Shown here in pieces: positions 1 to 11,288 of a DNA stretch of 64,000 bases. The stretch covers positions 132,023 through 196,022 of the forward strand of contig JBBTCT010000007.1 in assembly GCA_038060895.1 (NCBI GenBank), in the 5' to 3' direction. Each line of letters starts with the position of its first letter. The first letter of the stretch is position 1. The translations under genes and the position numbers were made by a program. Origin of the DNA: Planctomycetota bacterium (GTDB taxonomy: Bacteria > Planctomycetota > MHYJ01 > WSZJ01). The notes under the pieces were generated by a model that made no database searches, was not told where the DNA came from, and saw only the letters and a program-made list of their open reading frames with translations.

Positions 1-1
1 G

Positions 2-223
2 GGGGAGGTTTCCGGGATCGAAGGACTGCTGGTCCTGGCGTCGGAAGCATCGACCGGTCTGGTAAAGCGCCTGGCAATGAAGTTTCTGAAGCAGCTCCTG
101 CCTCAAGCGAATGCGCCGGCTGACGGGAAGAAAGGGCTGCCTGAACTGAAGGGCTGGTGGGAGACGTATCGGGGGGCGACGGAGTTCGACGACAGTTCGA
201 GATCGTGGAGGAAGAAATCATGA
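2..223 (+). CDS. 3' end of a hypothetical protein, truncated by the window edge
   Basis: Frame 2 is open from the window start (GEVSGIEGLLVLASE...WWETYRGATEFDDSSRSWRKKS*). Its TGA overlaps the next ATG (ATGA at 220-223). Confidence 0.6.
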   Translation, partial: GEVSGIEGLLVLASEASTGLVKRLAMKFLKQLLPQANAPADGKKGLPELKGWWETYRGATEFDDSSRSWRKKS

Positions 224-729
224 AACGACGGCTGCTCTGGGCTTTTGCGGCGCTGGCGGGTTGCGGCCCGGTGCGCTACGAAAACGACCCTGTCCCGGTG
301 GCGGAGACAGCGTGGGTGACCCTTCCAGAAATCCAGGCCACGCATCCCGAAATCGACAAGGCTGTCCTCGCGGCGCGAATCCGGACGGCCGCAAGCGAGG
401 CGGTCGCCCTGGAGGGGTTGACGCTGGCGCCGGATGAAGCCTCAGCGGACCTGGTGCTGGAAGCCGTGGTCGAGCAGTTCTGGCTCGGCGACGACGCCGT
501 GCGGATTCTCGGTTGGAAGGCGGTTCGATCGGGGGTCGCCAGTCCCGAGCATCGAATGCTGGTGAAGATCCGTGCGCGAGGGCAACCGGAGAACAGCGCA
601 ACGCTCGCCGACGCGATTGAGACCGGTGGATTCGCAAGGGACAACGTCGAAGCACGACGCACGGATGCGCTGGTGGATCGGATTGCCAGGTCGATCCGCG
701 AGATCGCCCGGGACTACCGCAAACGTTGA
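220..729 (+). CDS. Putative lipoprotein, paralog 1 (DUF4410-like)
   Basis: MKRRLLWAFAALAGC lipobox; GGAGGAAG upstream; aligns along its length with the next gene. Confidence 0.75.
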   Translation: MKRRLLWAFAALAGCGPVRYENDPVPVAETAWVTLPEIQATHPEIDKAVLAARIRTAASEAVALEGLTLAPDEASADLVLEAVVEQFWLGDDAVRILGWKAVRSGVASPEHRMLVKIRARGQPENSATLADAIETGGFARDNVEARRTDALVDRIARSIREIARDYRKR

Positions 730-787
730 GGCGCCTGATACCCTCACGAGACGCGCCGTCGGCAAGCCGCGACAAGAAGGAGGGAAC

Positions 788-1293
788 GTGAAGCAGTTTC
801 TGTCCGCGTTGTCGGCGCTGGCCCTCGCGGGATGCGGCGGGCTGCGCTTCGAGCACGATCCGGTTCCGGCGGCAGGATCCGTCTGGGTTTCAGAGCCGGT
901 CGTCCGATCGACGCACAAGGAGATCGACCGGCGCGCCCTGGCCGAGACCATTCGCCTCGCGGCGGCGCAGGCGGTCGATGCGGCGGGGTTCGGTCACGGA
1001 GGGGACGAAATGTCGGCCGACGTCGTGATCAAAGTCACGATCGAAGACTTCTGGATCGGGGACGAAGCCGTGCGGGAACTCGGCTGGAAAGTCGATCTCC
1101 ACGGCGAGGACAACCCGTCCTTCAAGGCGAAGGCGACGATCCGGGTAAAGGGGCAGCCTCTTAACTCGACGGAGTTTTCCGACGTGGTGTCCGCAGGCGG
1201 CCGCGCGAACGAGTCGGTCATCGACCAGCGGCGGCGCGCCCTGATTGACGCCATCGCAAAGTTTCACGTCGAGATCGCCGAGGAGTACCGCAA

Positions 1294-1297
<4 letters not shown>
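788..1297 (+). CDS. Putative lipoprotein, paralog 2
   Basis: GTG start after AAGGAGGG; MKQFLSALSALALAGC lipobox; shares E-x-DPVP, FW-x-GD-x-AVR-x-LGWK and GQP-x-NS with paralog 1; GTGA overlap with the ABC ATPase. Confidence 0.75.
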
Positions 1298-1988
<691 letters not shown>

Positions 1989-1992
<4 letters not shown>

Positions 1993-3248
1993 TCCTCGGC
2001 GGCCTCTTCCTCATCGTGCGGCGCAACCTCGCGCAGCACGCGCTCTCCACGGCCGTGACGGCGCTCGCCTCCGCGCTCGGCTGCGGCCTGGTCATCGCCG
2101 TCTTCTCGGTCCGGCAGCAGGCGCACGACGCCTTCGTCGGCGGCCCCATCGGCTTCGACGCGGTCCTCGGCGCGCGCGGGTCGCAGCTTCAGCTCGTCCT
2201 GAACACCGTCTTTCACCTCGACACCTCCCCGGGAAACATCCCGTGGTCGATGTACGAAACCGTGCGACAGGACCCGCAGGTCGCGCTCGCGATCCCCTAC
2301 GCCGTCGGCGACAACTACAGGGGCTGGCGCATCGTCGGGACCACGCCGGAACTCTTCACGGAATTCGAGTGCCGCAAGGGCCGGCGCCTCACCACGGAAC
2401 CCGGGGGACGCGTGTTCGACCCGAAACTCCGTGAAGCGGTGATCGGAAGCGCAGTGGCGGACGGCGCGCGGATGTCGGTGGGGACGATGTTCCATCCGGA
2501 GCACGGTGTGACCGAGGGGGACCACGACCACGTTGAGGAGTACGTCGTCGTGGGGGTGCTGGAGCCGACGAATTCGCCGTCGGACCGGGTGATCTGGATC
2601 CCGATCGAGGGGATTTTCCGGATGGGCGGGCATGTGCTTCACGGAAAGGGCGAAGCGTTCCATGCGAAGCCGGGAGAAGCGATCCCGGACGAGGTGAAAG
2701 AAGTCAGCGCGGTGATGCTGAAATTCCGGATGCCGATGGCGGGGATGCGGCTGGACCAGCAGTACAACCGGCAGGGATCGTCGGCGACGTTGGCATGGCC
2801 GATCGCGAAGTCGCTGTCGGAATTCTTCGACAAGATGGGCTGGCTCGACAAGGTGCTGGCGCTGGTCGCGTACCTCGTGATGTTCGTGGCGGCGGGGTCG
2901 ATCCTCGCGGCGCTCTACAACACGATGAACGAGCGGAAGCGGGACTTCGCGATCCTGAGGTCGCTCGGCGCGAAGCGGCGGGTGGTGTTCACGGCGATCG
3001 TGCTGGAGTCCGCTTCGATTGGTGCGATCGGCGCGGTGCTGGGTCTGATGGTGAGTCTCGGCATTCTCGCCGCCGCGGCCCTGGTCGTGCGCTCGCAGAC
3101 CGGCGTGGTGCTCGACATCTGGAAGTTCCACCCGGCCGCGGCGCTGGCGCCGGCCGGGATGCTGGCGCTGGCGGCGGCCGCGGGGGTGATTCCCGCCCTG
3201 AAGGCCTACCGGACGCCCGTCGCGGAAAACCTGGCGCCGCAGTCGTAG
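1989..3248 (+). CDS. ABC transporter permease (MacB/FtsX family) with a His-rich periplasmic loop
   Basis: N-terminal TM, GARGSQLQLVLN and PGNI motifs, HPEHGVTEGDHDHVEE loop, ERKRDFAILRSLGA, C-terminal TMs. Confidence 0.9.
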
Positions 3249-3252
3249 TAAG

Positions 3253-3990
3253 ATGGTGCGCGTGAATCCGAAGAGCCGCCGTTCGGACGGGAAAATCGCC
3301 CTCGTGATGGTCCTCATCGTCGTCGCGACGTTCGCGGTCGCCGCATGGCGGATCAAGGGCGCACTTCAGTCCCGCCGCCCCCCGCCGGCCGCTGTGCCCG
3401 TGCGCGGCGCGGCGATCGATGCACCTGTCGGGCCTGCAGTGGCGCCTAAAGCCGGCGGCGAAGAAGAATTCCCCGCCGGCGGGACGCCTCCAGGCGATGG
3501 CGCAGGACCGCGCGGCCACATCCCCGCCAATCACAACAGCGCCAGGGAACCCGCCGTCGAAAGGACGTCCGAGGCGGAAGCCGAGTACCCGACCGTTCTC
3601 TACAGCACACTCGCTTCGTTCACCTACGTGATACCGCAGAAGCGGAAAGAGGGAGACACCACGAAACGCCCGGAGCAGGTTCCCGAAACAATCCGCGCGC
3701 TGAACGGCAGGCAGGTCTGCGTCGTGGGCTACATGCTCCCGACCGTCTGGGACGAGGACCGCATCACCGAGTTCCTGCTCATGCGCAACATTCCCCAGTG
3801 CTGCTTCGGGCTGGCGCCCGCCGTGAACGAATGGATCGTCGTCACCATGGACGAGGAAGCGGGCGCCCCGGAGCACAAGCTGACACCGACGGCCGTCGAG
3901 GGCGTTCTGGAGGTTGGCGAGCTGGAGGTCGATGGCTGGGTGCAGAGCGTTTACCGCATGAAGGCCCACTCGGTCCTGCAGACTGAGTAG
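3253..3990 (+). CDS. DUF3299-like membrane-anchored protein
   Basis: LNGRQVCVVGYMLP...EFLL...CCFG..P..NEWI...VEGVLEV...VYRM pattern; typical partner of this ABC type. Confidence 0.75.
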   Translation: MVRVNPKSRRSDGKIALVMVLIVVATFAVAAWRIKGALQSRRPPPAAVPVRGAAIDAPVGPAVAPKAGGEEEFPAGGTPPGDGAGPRGHIPANHNSAREPAVERTSEAEAEYPTVLYSTLASFTYVIPQKRKEGDTTKRPEQVPETIRALNGRQVCVVGYMLPTVWDEDRITEFLLMRNIPQCCFGLAPAVNEWIVVTMDEEAGAPEHKLTPTAVEGVLEVGELEVDGWVQSVYRMKAHSVLQTE

Positions 3991-4057
3991 AGCGCGAAGC
4001 AGGACGGGGCGGATCAGGCTCCGTCCGCCCGATCCGCCCCGTCCTGCTTCGCGCTCT
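3989..4057. repeat. Perfect 27-bp inverted repeat (hairpin) with 15-nt loop
   Basis: agagcgcgaagcaggacggggcggatc (3989-4015) and its exact reverse complement (4031-4057). Confidence 0.9.
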
Positions 4058-4112
4058 CCTCAACGACGACCAAATTGTGCGTCCACCGCGCTCCCCGGGG
4101 ATAATCGAGGCA

Positions 4113-4898
4113 ATGCCCGCAGCCGATCCCGCTTCAGAGCCCCCCGCCTCCCAGCGCCGCACTCTCCCTTTCTGGTCGATCAACAAGATCTACTGGCTGC
4201 TCTACATCCTGCCGCTCGCGGCGTGGTTCGCGATGGATGGGTCGGAGATGTTCTTCTTCGACAAGGATCCGAAGCACCCCGAGCGGGTGTGGTTCAAGCT
4301 CGGCGTATATCTCCTGCTCGTCAACATGATCAGCCTCCTGGTCTGGCGGGAGGACAAGCGGCGGGCGGAAAGGGGCGACTGGCGCGTCTCGGAGAAGACG
4401 CTGGTTTACCTGTGCACGCTCGGAGGCCTCCCGGGCGCGCTCCTCTCCATGCGCATGTACCGGCACAAATCGCGGAAGTGGTCGCTCCAGCTCAGGCTGT
4501 TCTTCTGGTCCGCCCTCCTGGTCGTGTTCGCATTCCTCGTCCTTCCCCACTCGTGGTCCTATGCCAACGACGCGCGCTGGGGCATCTGCCTTTTCTCGCT
4601 GTTCTGGTGGAACCTCTCGATCGCCGGGGGCATCGTCCGCGTCCACCGCGATAACGGCCGCGTCCTCTGGCGGTATCTCGGACTGCTCTTCGGAATCGCC
4701 GTCGTGTGCGTGGGGCTGGCCGCGGGTGGCGTGTACTTCTGGGAGGGACGCAAGCACGATCCATGGAACATGGCGAGCGCGGCGATCATCACGGGAGGGC
4801 TCGTGCTGTCGATCTTCAACGAAGTGTGGCTGTCGCTTCGCGGCCTGCGCGGGAAACTCCCCGGATGGGACCCGATCGCGCCGGCGGGCGTAAAATAA
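4113..4898 (+). CDS. DUF1294-domain membrane protein
   Basis: EDKRRAERGDWRVSEKTL...LGGLPGALLSMRMYRHKSRK motif; several TM segments. Confidence 0.8.
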   Translation: MPAADPASEPPASQRRTLPFWSINKIYWLLYILPLAAWFAMDGSEMFFFDKDPKHPERVWFKLGVYLLLVNMISLLVWREDKRRAERGDWRVSEKTLVYLCTLGGLPGALLSMRMYRHKSRKWSLQLRLFFWSALLVVFAFLVLPHSWSYANDARWGICLFSLFWWNLSIAGGIVRVHRDNGRVLWRYLGLLFGIAVVCVGLAAGGVYFWEGRKHDPWNMASAAIITGGLVLSIFNEVWLSLRGLRGKLPGWDPIAPAGVK

Positions 4899-4902
4899 AA
4901 AC

Positions 4903-5274
4903 ATGGTGAAGAAAAAGGCGAAGCCGGCCGGGGGCGCTGCGGTCGCGAATGCGGTCGCAGCCGAGATGCGGAAGCGCGACCGGCGGGCGTGGACGATCGT
5001 CGAGTACGCCGGCGCGGACTGGGCGCACGGCTTCTGCAAGGGAGACCGGTGCGGGGCCTGGAAAACGTCGGCTGGAAAACTCGCGAAGGTGAAACCGCCG
5101 GATCTGCTCGAGGTCCCCTATGCGCAGTTCTGTGTTGAGGGGACGCGGGTCCTCGTCGAGTCGGCCCTCAGGCACGGGTCCGGGCAAGGAGAGACCTTCG
5201 AGGTGTGCAAAACCAGGAGTGTGGTGTCTCTCTCTGCCACGAGCGACGGGGTCAAGTGGCGAGTCGGGAGGTGA
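4903..5274 (+). CDS. Hypothetical protein
   Basis: 123-aa ORF starting 5 nt after the previous stop; GC-rich third positions. Confidence 0.55.
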   Translation: MVKKKAKPAGGAAVANAVAAEMRKRDRRAWTIVEYAGADWAHGFCKGDRCGAWKTSAGKLAKVKPPDLLEVPYAQFCVEGTRVLVESALRHGSGQGETFEVCKTRSVVSLSATSDGVKWRVGR

Positions 5275-5318
5275 TGGCAGGGGTGCGGCCAGGTCGTTTT
5301 TGTTCGTGCGCGGCGCGA

Positions 5319-7028
5319 CTACTTTCCCTCCGCCTCCCGCAATTTCAACTGCGGCACCCCGCGATCCGGCTCCAGCACCCACACTTCCCTCCCCGGAAAC
5401 GCCTGCACCAGCCGCTCGTCCTTCGCATCGTCCCGCATCCGCGCCCAGATGATCCGCTGCGACGGGATATCCGAGGAGTTGTACACCCACTCAAAGTTGA
5501 TGTTGTGAAGCGGCGCGTACTTCAGGAACACGAGGTGGTTCCCGGGGCGCTGTTCCAGCTCCTTGATGATCTTCACGCGCTCATCGGCCCACGCGGGGCG
5601 GGATCGCGACGGAAGAATGAGTCCGCCGAAAGTGAGGAACACCGGACTGGAAAGCAGGCCCGCAGCGGCCATCCAGAGCGCGGCGCGGCGATTCTTCAGA
5701 CAGCAGGCCAGCCGCCGGGCGCAGGCCGTCGTGAACAGGAAGAACGCGGCGGCCGCGGGGGCGACGTAGTGCGGCTGCGTCCAGCAGGTGCAGAGCGTTG
5801 CCAGCAGGCCGAATACGACGACGAGTGAGAGTCGCCCCATCCGACGCGAGCGCAGCAGCATGAAGAAGCCGGGAACGAGCGCCATGTAGGCGCCCGGAAA
5901 GTAGTTCCAGAGCAGGAAGCACTTGAACGCCGCGACCGCGAGAAAACCCTTCGGGCTCCGCTGCTTCTCGAAAATCCCTCGGCTCCAGCCGCCGTGGTAC
6001 GACGTGATCTGCGGATGCTCGTTCCAGCGCGCGGGCGGCGCTTGCTGAAACAGGAAGACGGGCGCGGCGGCGTACTGCTGCTCGTAGAGAATGTACGGCA
6101 TCGTCGTGGCGCTTCCCGTCACCGCCGCGTTGATGCGCGCCACGGCGGCGGCGGTCACGAGCAGGACGGCGGCGACCGGCGTCACGACGCGGAGCAGGAA
6201 GCGCTTCCGGCCGGCGGGATCGTTCAGGAACTTTGCGATGAGTCCTGCGGCGACCGGGAGCGAGGCGACGACGCCCTCCCAGGGGCGGGTGATGGCGAGA
6301 ATGGCGAGGCCCGCGGCGAGGGCGAGGGAGGCGGGGATGGCGGCGCGGCGGTCGAGGCGGCGCCAGGCGCCCAGGACGAGCGCGCCGCCGAGGAAGGCGA
6401 GGCCGCCGCCCCAGAAGGACTGGGTCCATGTGAAGGGCTTGAAGATATGGAACGCGGGGTGGAGGGCGGCCATGAGGCCGGCGACGAGGCCCCAGCGGGG
6501 GCCGAGCCAGGCGCGGGCGGCCCACGCGACGGCGGCGCAGGCGGCGGCGAAAGCGAGCCAGACGCCGGTGATGGGGGCATCGAAGAGGACCTGGCCGGCG
6601 GCGAGGGAGAGGGCCTGGCCCGGCGGGTATTTCGCGGAGTAGGTCGGCTGGAGGAGAATGTGAAACGTCTCGAAATGGCGCCATTCGGGAGGGACGGGGT
6701 TCGCGGCGCGGCCGTGCGCAAACGTATCGGCCTGCATCAGGTACGCGAACTCGTCGTGGATGTACGGGGTGGGCAGGTGGCGTGCGGTGAGCGCACCGGA
6801 CATCAGCAGCGCGACGAGCGCGGCGACGAGCGGCGCGCCCCACTTCGGACGCGCGACCGCGTGCGCCAGGGAGCGCAGCCAGCAGGTCTTCGGCCGGAGC
6901 GATCCGCCGAGCAGCATCATCGCGGGCACCAGGGCCACGAGCGCGAGCGCCCACGACAGGACCGCGCGCGAAGCGGGTCCTTCCGCCCCCCGGAAAACTT
7001 CCTGTGATTCCCAGAGTCCGCCGGTCAT
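5319..7028 (-). CDS. Polytopic membrane protein, GT-C glycosyltransferase-like
   Basis: DEFAYLMQADTFAHGR and YSAKYPPGQAL in the first loop, many TMs, soluble C-terminal domain. Confidence 0.7.
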   Translation of the reverse strand: MTGGLWESQEVFRGAEGPASRAVLSWALALVALVPAMMLLGGSLRPKTCWLRSLAHAVARPKWGAPLVAALVALLMSGALTARHLPTPYIHDEFAYLMQADTFAHGRAANPVPPEWRHFETFHILLQPTYSAKYPPGQALSLAAGQVLFDAPITGVWLAFAAACAAVAWAARAWLGPRWGLVAGLMAALHPAFHIFKPFTWTQSFWGGGLAFLGGALVLGAWRRLDRRAAIPASLALAAGLAILAITRPWEGVVASLPVAAGLIAKFLNDPAGRKRFLLRVVTPVAAVLLVTAAAVARINAAVTGSATTMPYILYEQQYAAAPVFLFQQAPPARWNEHPQITSYHGGWSRGIFEKQRSPKGFLAVAAFKCFLLWNYFPGAYMALVPGFFMLLRSRRMGRLSLVVVFGLLATLCTCWTQPHYVAPAAAAFFLFTTACARRLACCLKNRRAALWMAAAGLLSSPVFLTFGGLILPSRSRPAWADERVKIIKELEQRPGNHLVFLKYAPLHNINFEWVYNSSDIPSQRIIWARMRDDAKDERLVQAFPGREVWVLEPDRGVPQLKLREAEGK

Positions 7029-8929
7029 GGGCCCACGCGCTCGTACCAGCCGGTATGCAGGAGCCGGAGCTGCCCGGCGAGGACGGCCTGCGCCACGGCG
7101 TCCTGCACTTCGATCGGCGCGGACCAGACGAGGAGCCGGCGGCAGTCGCGTTCACGCATCGTGTCGATGAGCGCGGACGCGTTGCGGGGCGCGGCGAATT
7201 CGATGCGACGACGGAAGTCCGCCCGGGCGAGCGTGGCGACGGGCCATCCTGCGGTCAGGCACATCACGGGACTGTTCTCGTCGTACCGCCCCTGCCACCG
7301 GACCGCTTCCTCCGGCCCGCCGGGCGCCCCGACCAGCCGCACGAGGACGATGCGACGCGCGTCGCGCTGCTCCCAGGAACCATTCAGGTAGGCCTTCAGG
7401 AAGACTTCGTCGACCTTCGCTCCCCCGTCCGGCGAACGGCCCCAGAACGCGGCCGGGACCGAAGTGCGGACCAGGTCCGCCCCGCTGGCGTAGGCGACGA
7501 TCACGAAAGCAATCCAGGGGCGAGGGAGGCGTGAAGCGACGGCTCCGAGCGCGGCGGCAGGAAGGGCTGCGGCCCACAGGACGAAGCGCGAGTTGAAGGC
7601 GTCGTGCTCGACGAGGAGGAGCGTAAGCAGGATTCCCGCGGCGAAGGCAACGGCCGCGGCCCGCCACGGCTTCTCACGGATGACGAGCCATCCGAGCGCG
7701 AGCGGCCCCAGGAGCGCGATCGCAAATCCCCATCCGGTGCGGTCCGCCGTCGGCGTGATCAGCGGGTCGAACTTCACGTAGCGCGACCCGAAGATCTCCA
7801 TCGTGCTCGCCGCCATGTTCCGGAACGACGGCCCGCTGCTCATGGAGACGGGCATGCTTCCGACGTGCTGCGAGCCGCCAGTCGCGCTGGGAACGATCGG
7901 GAAAAAAGGGTTTCCGAACGCGCGCACGTTGGCGGCGAACCAGCAGAACCCGCCGATGGCGGCGATGAACAGAAGCGCGATCGCGGTGACACGGCAGTGC
8001 GGCGGCGCAACCGGAACTTCGGCAACCGGCGCGGGAGCTTCCGCGCGTTTCGCCCGCTTCCACGCCAGGAAGGCGAGGAATCCCAGCGCCGGAATCGTGA
8101 ACAGGACCGTCGGCTTGATCCCTGCACCCACGAGCAGCGCCAGCGAAGCGGCAAAGACAGCGCGGTCGAGCCTCTTCGGCCACGCCAGCTCGGCCGCGGC
8201 CGCCAGCACGAAGGCGCCTGCCGCGGCGTCGTTCAGGGCGGAGCATGACTGCACGAGGACGATCGGCGCGCACGCCCAGATCAGCCCGGCCAGAAGCGCC
8301 CCGGCGCGCGTCGCACCGAGCGAACGCGACAAGGCGGCCGTGGCCGCGGCGCCCAGGAAGGCCGCTTCCAGCCCAGCGCCTTCCACCATGACGTCGTGGT
8401 GCGGGATGACGACCCACCAGGACTGGAGAACCTGCATGCTCGCCGGGAAATAGATGCGGAGGTCGAGCATGTCCGGCCGCGCGACGCTGCCTGTCTGGAC
8501 CCAGGACACCAGCCGCGGCAGGTGATAGGCGTGCTCGTCCACGGTGTAGGGCACGAAGAGCCAGGCGTTGGCGAGATGCCGGACGACGAGCAGCAGGGCG
8601 AAGGCGCCGAGAAGCAGGGCGACGGCTGCGGATTCGGAGCGCAGGTCCCGGACGACGGCGGCGGTTGCCTGCGCGGCCTCCCGAAGCGCCCGCGCGCCGC
8701 CCAGCGCGAACCCGAGGGCGCCCGCCGAAAGACCCGCGATCATCATCGGCACCGGCGTCAGTGCGCCGAAGATGCCCAGTCCGAGAGCAAGGAGGATGGC
8801 GACGGCCGCGTGAATGACGCCCGTGGCAGCGACCGCCGCGGCCCGCGAATCAGCGGGTAGGCGGCGCTGAAGCGCGATCGCGAGAATCCACAGCCCGGCG
8901 TGTGCGGCGATGAGGAGCGCGAAGCTCAC
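7025..8929 (-). CDS. Polytopic membrane protein, GT-C glycosyltransferase-like
   Basis: DEHAYHLPR...YFP, SALND, GAGIKPT and GNPFFP motifs; many TMs; ATGA overlap with the downstream gene. Confidence 0.7.
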   Translation of the reverse strand: MSFALLIAAHAGLWILAIALQRRLPADSRAAAVAATGVIHAAVAILLALGLGIFGALTPVPMMIAGLSAGALGFALGGARALREAAQATAAVVRDLRSESAAVALLLGAFALLLVVRHLANAWLFVPYTVDEHAYHLPRLVSWVQTGSVARPDMLDLRIYFPASMQVLQSWWVVIPHHDVMVEGAGLEAAFLGAAATAALSRSLGATRAGALLAGLIWACAPIVLVQSCSALNDAAAGAFVLAAAAELAWPKRLDRAVFAASLALLVGAGIKPTVLFTIPALGFLAFLAWKRAKRAEAPAPVAEVPVAPPHCRVTAIALLFIAAIGGFCWFAANVRAFGNPFFPIVPSATGGSQHVGSMPVSMSSGPSFRNMAASTMEIFGSRYVKFDPLITPTADRTGWGFAIALLGPLALGWLVIREKPWRAAAVAFAAGILLTLLLVEHDAFNSRFVLWAAALPAAALGAVASRLPRPWIAFVIVAYASGADLVRTSVPAAFWGRSPDGGAKVDEVFLKAYLNGSWEQRDARRIVLVRLVGAPGGPEEAVRWQGRYDENSPVMCLTAGWPVATLARADFRRRIEFAAPRNASALIDTMRERDCRRLLVWSAPIEVQDAVAQAVLAGQLRLLHTGWYERVGP

Positions 8930-8971
8930 GCGGGAATTCTGCCACGAGCGCGCGCGGAACGCCCTTCGTTC

Positions 8972-9311
8972 TTACTCGGGCTCGTCGTCGCGAAGCGCCA
9001 GCGGCGGACCGAGGATCTCGCCCAGCACGAAAAGCCGCTGGACATCCCGGCCGGTTCTTTCGGCCTCCTGCACGGTCGTCAACGTGGGAAGCATTTCCTC
9101 GACCGTCGGCGCCGCCGGGCGCGGGCGGGCGGGTCCCTCGACCGGAACGTCGCTCCCGCGACGCTTTTTTTTCTTCTTTTTCTTCTTCTTCGGCTCCGAG
9201 GGGATCGTCATGGCCATGGGAATCCCCGCCGCCAGCGCCTGTTCCTGCTGCGCACGGCGCTGCCGCTCCTGCGCCTCGGAAACCAGCTTGAGGATGAGAT
9301 CGAGCAGCATG
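8972..9311 (-). CDS. YqfB-like small protein with a poly-Lys tract (start uncertain, may be 9334)
   Basis: C-terminal LFVLGEILGPPLALR motif; KKKKKKKKRR; lies at the end of the floA operon. Confidence 0.5.
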
Positions 9312-9312
9312 G

Positions 9313-9759
9313 TCAGGGCCTCATTCCGGAGCACGGGCCGAAGATCTCGCGCCAGGCCAGCGCTTCCTGCAGCTCGGCATGGCTTGCAGGCGCAAATCCT
9401 GCGGCCGCGCGGACGGCTGCGGAAGATAGCGCTCCGCGCGGTTTCTCCAGTTCAGCCGCCTGTTGCGAACCCGAAACGCCGCGGTGTTCCGCGTCCCACG
9501 CGCCGGGGCGGGCGGGACCCTCCTGGGGGGACTCCTCGGGAGGAGCGGCGGGCGCGGAGGCCCTGGCCCCCGGCGAGGCCGCACGGGCACGGGCCGTCTG
9601 GATCGCTTCGTCCACGAGGCGGAGCTGCTCCTGGGTCGCTTCTATCTCGCTCGCCTGCCGCTTCTTCTTCGTCATGGAATACAGCACGCTGCCGCCGATG
9701 ACGACGGCCCAGAAGAGCAGCGAGAAGAAGCCTTCGAGTTCGTTGCCGGTGCTGGCCAT
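9313..9759 (-). CDS. YqfB-like single-TM protein
   Basis: N-terminal TM then KKKR; C-terminal LQEALAWREIFGP motif; directly downstream of floA. Confidence 0.6.
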   Translation of the reverse strand: MASTGNELEGFFSLLFWAVVIGGSVLYSMTKKKRQASEIEATQEQLRLVDEAIQTARARAASPGARASAPAAPPEESPQEGPARPGAWDAEHRGVSGSQQAAELEKPRGALSSAAVRAAAGFAPASHAELQEALAWREIFGPCSGMRP

Positions 9760-9813
9760 GGTTTTGAATCCTGACCGGCGCGGACCCCGGATGGCCGGGG
9801 CCCGCGCCGGTGA

Positions 9814-10830
9814 CTATGTCTTTCCCTGCTGTCCGCCGATGCCCTTGCGCATGTCGGTATCGGCCTGAACGTTTTTCATCTTGTAGTAGTCCATCACTCC
9901 AAGATGGCCGGCCCTGAACGCCGCCGCGATCGCATTCGGGATTTCCGCTTCGGCCTCGATCACCTTGGCCCGGTTCTCAACGGCCTTCGCCTGCATTTCC
10001 TGCTCCGTCGCAACGGCCATAGCGCGGCGCTTTTCAGCCTCCGCCTGGGCAACCTTCTTGTCGGACTCGGCCTGGTCGGTCCTCAACTTTGCCCCGATGT
10101 TGTCCCCGACGTCGATGTCCGCGATATCGATCGAGAGGATCTCGAAAGCGGTCCCCGCGTCGAGGCCCTTCTGCAGCACCGTCTTCGAAATGTGGTCCGG
10201 ATTTTCCATGACCGCCTGGTGAGTTTCCGACGAGCCGATCGAGGTCACGATGCCCTCGCCGACGCGCGCGATAATGGTCTCTTCCGTTGCGCCTCCGATG
10301 ATGCGGTCGAGATTCGTGCGCACCGTCACCCGCGCCTTCACCTTGAGCTCGATTCCGTTCTTGGCGACCGCACTCACGGTCTCCCGGCCCTTCCGGGGAT
10401 CGGGGCAGTCGATGACCTTCGGGAGCACCGACGTGTGCACCGCCTCCAGCACATCCCGTCCCGCCAGGTCAATCGCCGTCGCACGGTCGAACGTCAGCGG
10501 TATCGCCGCCTTGTTTGCGGCGATCAGCGCCCGCACGACGCGCTCAACGTGCCCGCCCGCGAGATAGTGCGCTTCCAGCTTGTCCGTCGTAATCGGCAGC
10601 CCCGCCTTGGACGCCGTGATCCGGTTGATCACGATCACCCGCGGGTCCACTTTCCGAAGCCGCATCCCGATCAGGTCCCACAGCCCGACGTGGGCTCCGG
10701 ACATCATCGCCTGGATGTAGAGCAGGCCGAAGTTGGCCACGATGATGAAAAAGACGAGCAGCACCAGCGCCCCGGCCATGCCGAGGACGAGGTGAAGCGG
10801 CTCCATTTCGGCCAGGAGCAGGGTGTTCAT
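9814..10830 (-). CDS. floA: Flotillin-like protein FloA (YqfA/UPF0365)
   Basis: [70 protein letters not shown]...QADTDMR. Confidence 0.95.
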   Translation of the reverse strand: MNTLLLAEMEPLHLVLGMAGALVLLVFFIIVANFGLLYIQAMMSGAHVGLWDLIGMRLRKVDPRVIVINRITASKAGLPITTDKLEAHYLAGGHVERVVRALIAANKAAIPLTFDRATAIDLAGRDVLEAVHTSVLPKVIDCPDPRKGRETVSAVAKNGIELKVKARVTVRTNLDRIIGGATEETIIARVGEGIVTSIGSSETHQAVMENPDHISKTVLQKGLDAGTAFEILSIDIADIDVGDNIGAKLRTDQAESDKKVAQAEAEKRRAMAVATEQEMQAKAVENRAKVIEAEAEIPNAIAAAFRAGHLGVMDYYKMKNVQADTDMRKGIGGQQGKT

Positions 10831-11276
10831 ACGATTCTCCTTTCAACGGGCGCCACGACGACGCGATTCCCCTCCACCGACACGACGCGGATCTGCACGC
10901 CGCGGTCGACGGGTTCGCCGTTCGTCAGGACGTCCATGCGTTGTCCATTCAGCAGTGCAACTCCGGTGGGGCGAAGAGGCGTCGCGGCCGTCCCTTCCAT
11001 GCCGGGGTGGAGCCCCGGGGTCGGGATCGAGCCGTCTCCGTCCAGTCGCGCCCGGAGGGTCAGGTTTCGAGCCGCCCGCACGAGGGCCGCGGGGACCAGC
11101 ACGACGGCAATGACAAAAAGGCTGAGGCCGGTGGGCCATCCCTCGGCCCGCCAGGCCCAGATGATCGATCCTGTGAGCCCGCCGATCCCGAGCAGGCCCA
11201 TCAGGGCGCTCGGGAAAACGAGCTCGCTCAGGATCAACAGCATCGAGAGCCCGTACACGGCCAGGATGTTGGTCAT
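10827..11276 (-). CDS. nfeD: Short NfeD family protein
   Basis: TM bundle plus C-terminal OB domain [11 protein letters not shown]...[11 protein letters not shown]. Confidence 0.85.
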   Translation of the reverse strand: MTNILAVYGLSMLLILSELVFPSALMGLLGIGGLTGSIIWAWRAEGWPTGLSLFVIAVVLVPAALVRAARNLTLRARLDGDGSIPTPGLHPGMEGTAATPLRPTGVALLNGQRMDVLTNGEPVDRGVQIRVVSVEGNRVVVAPVERRIV

Positions 11277-11288
11277 CGCTCTGCTCCT

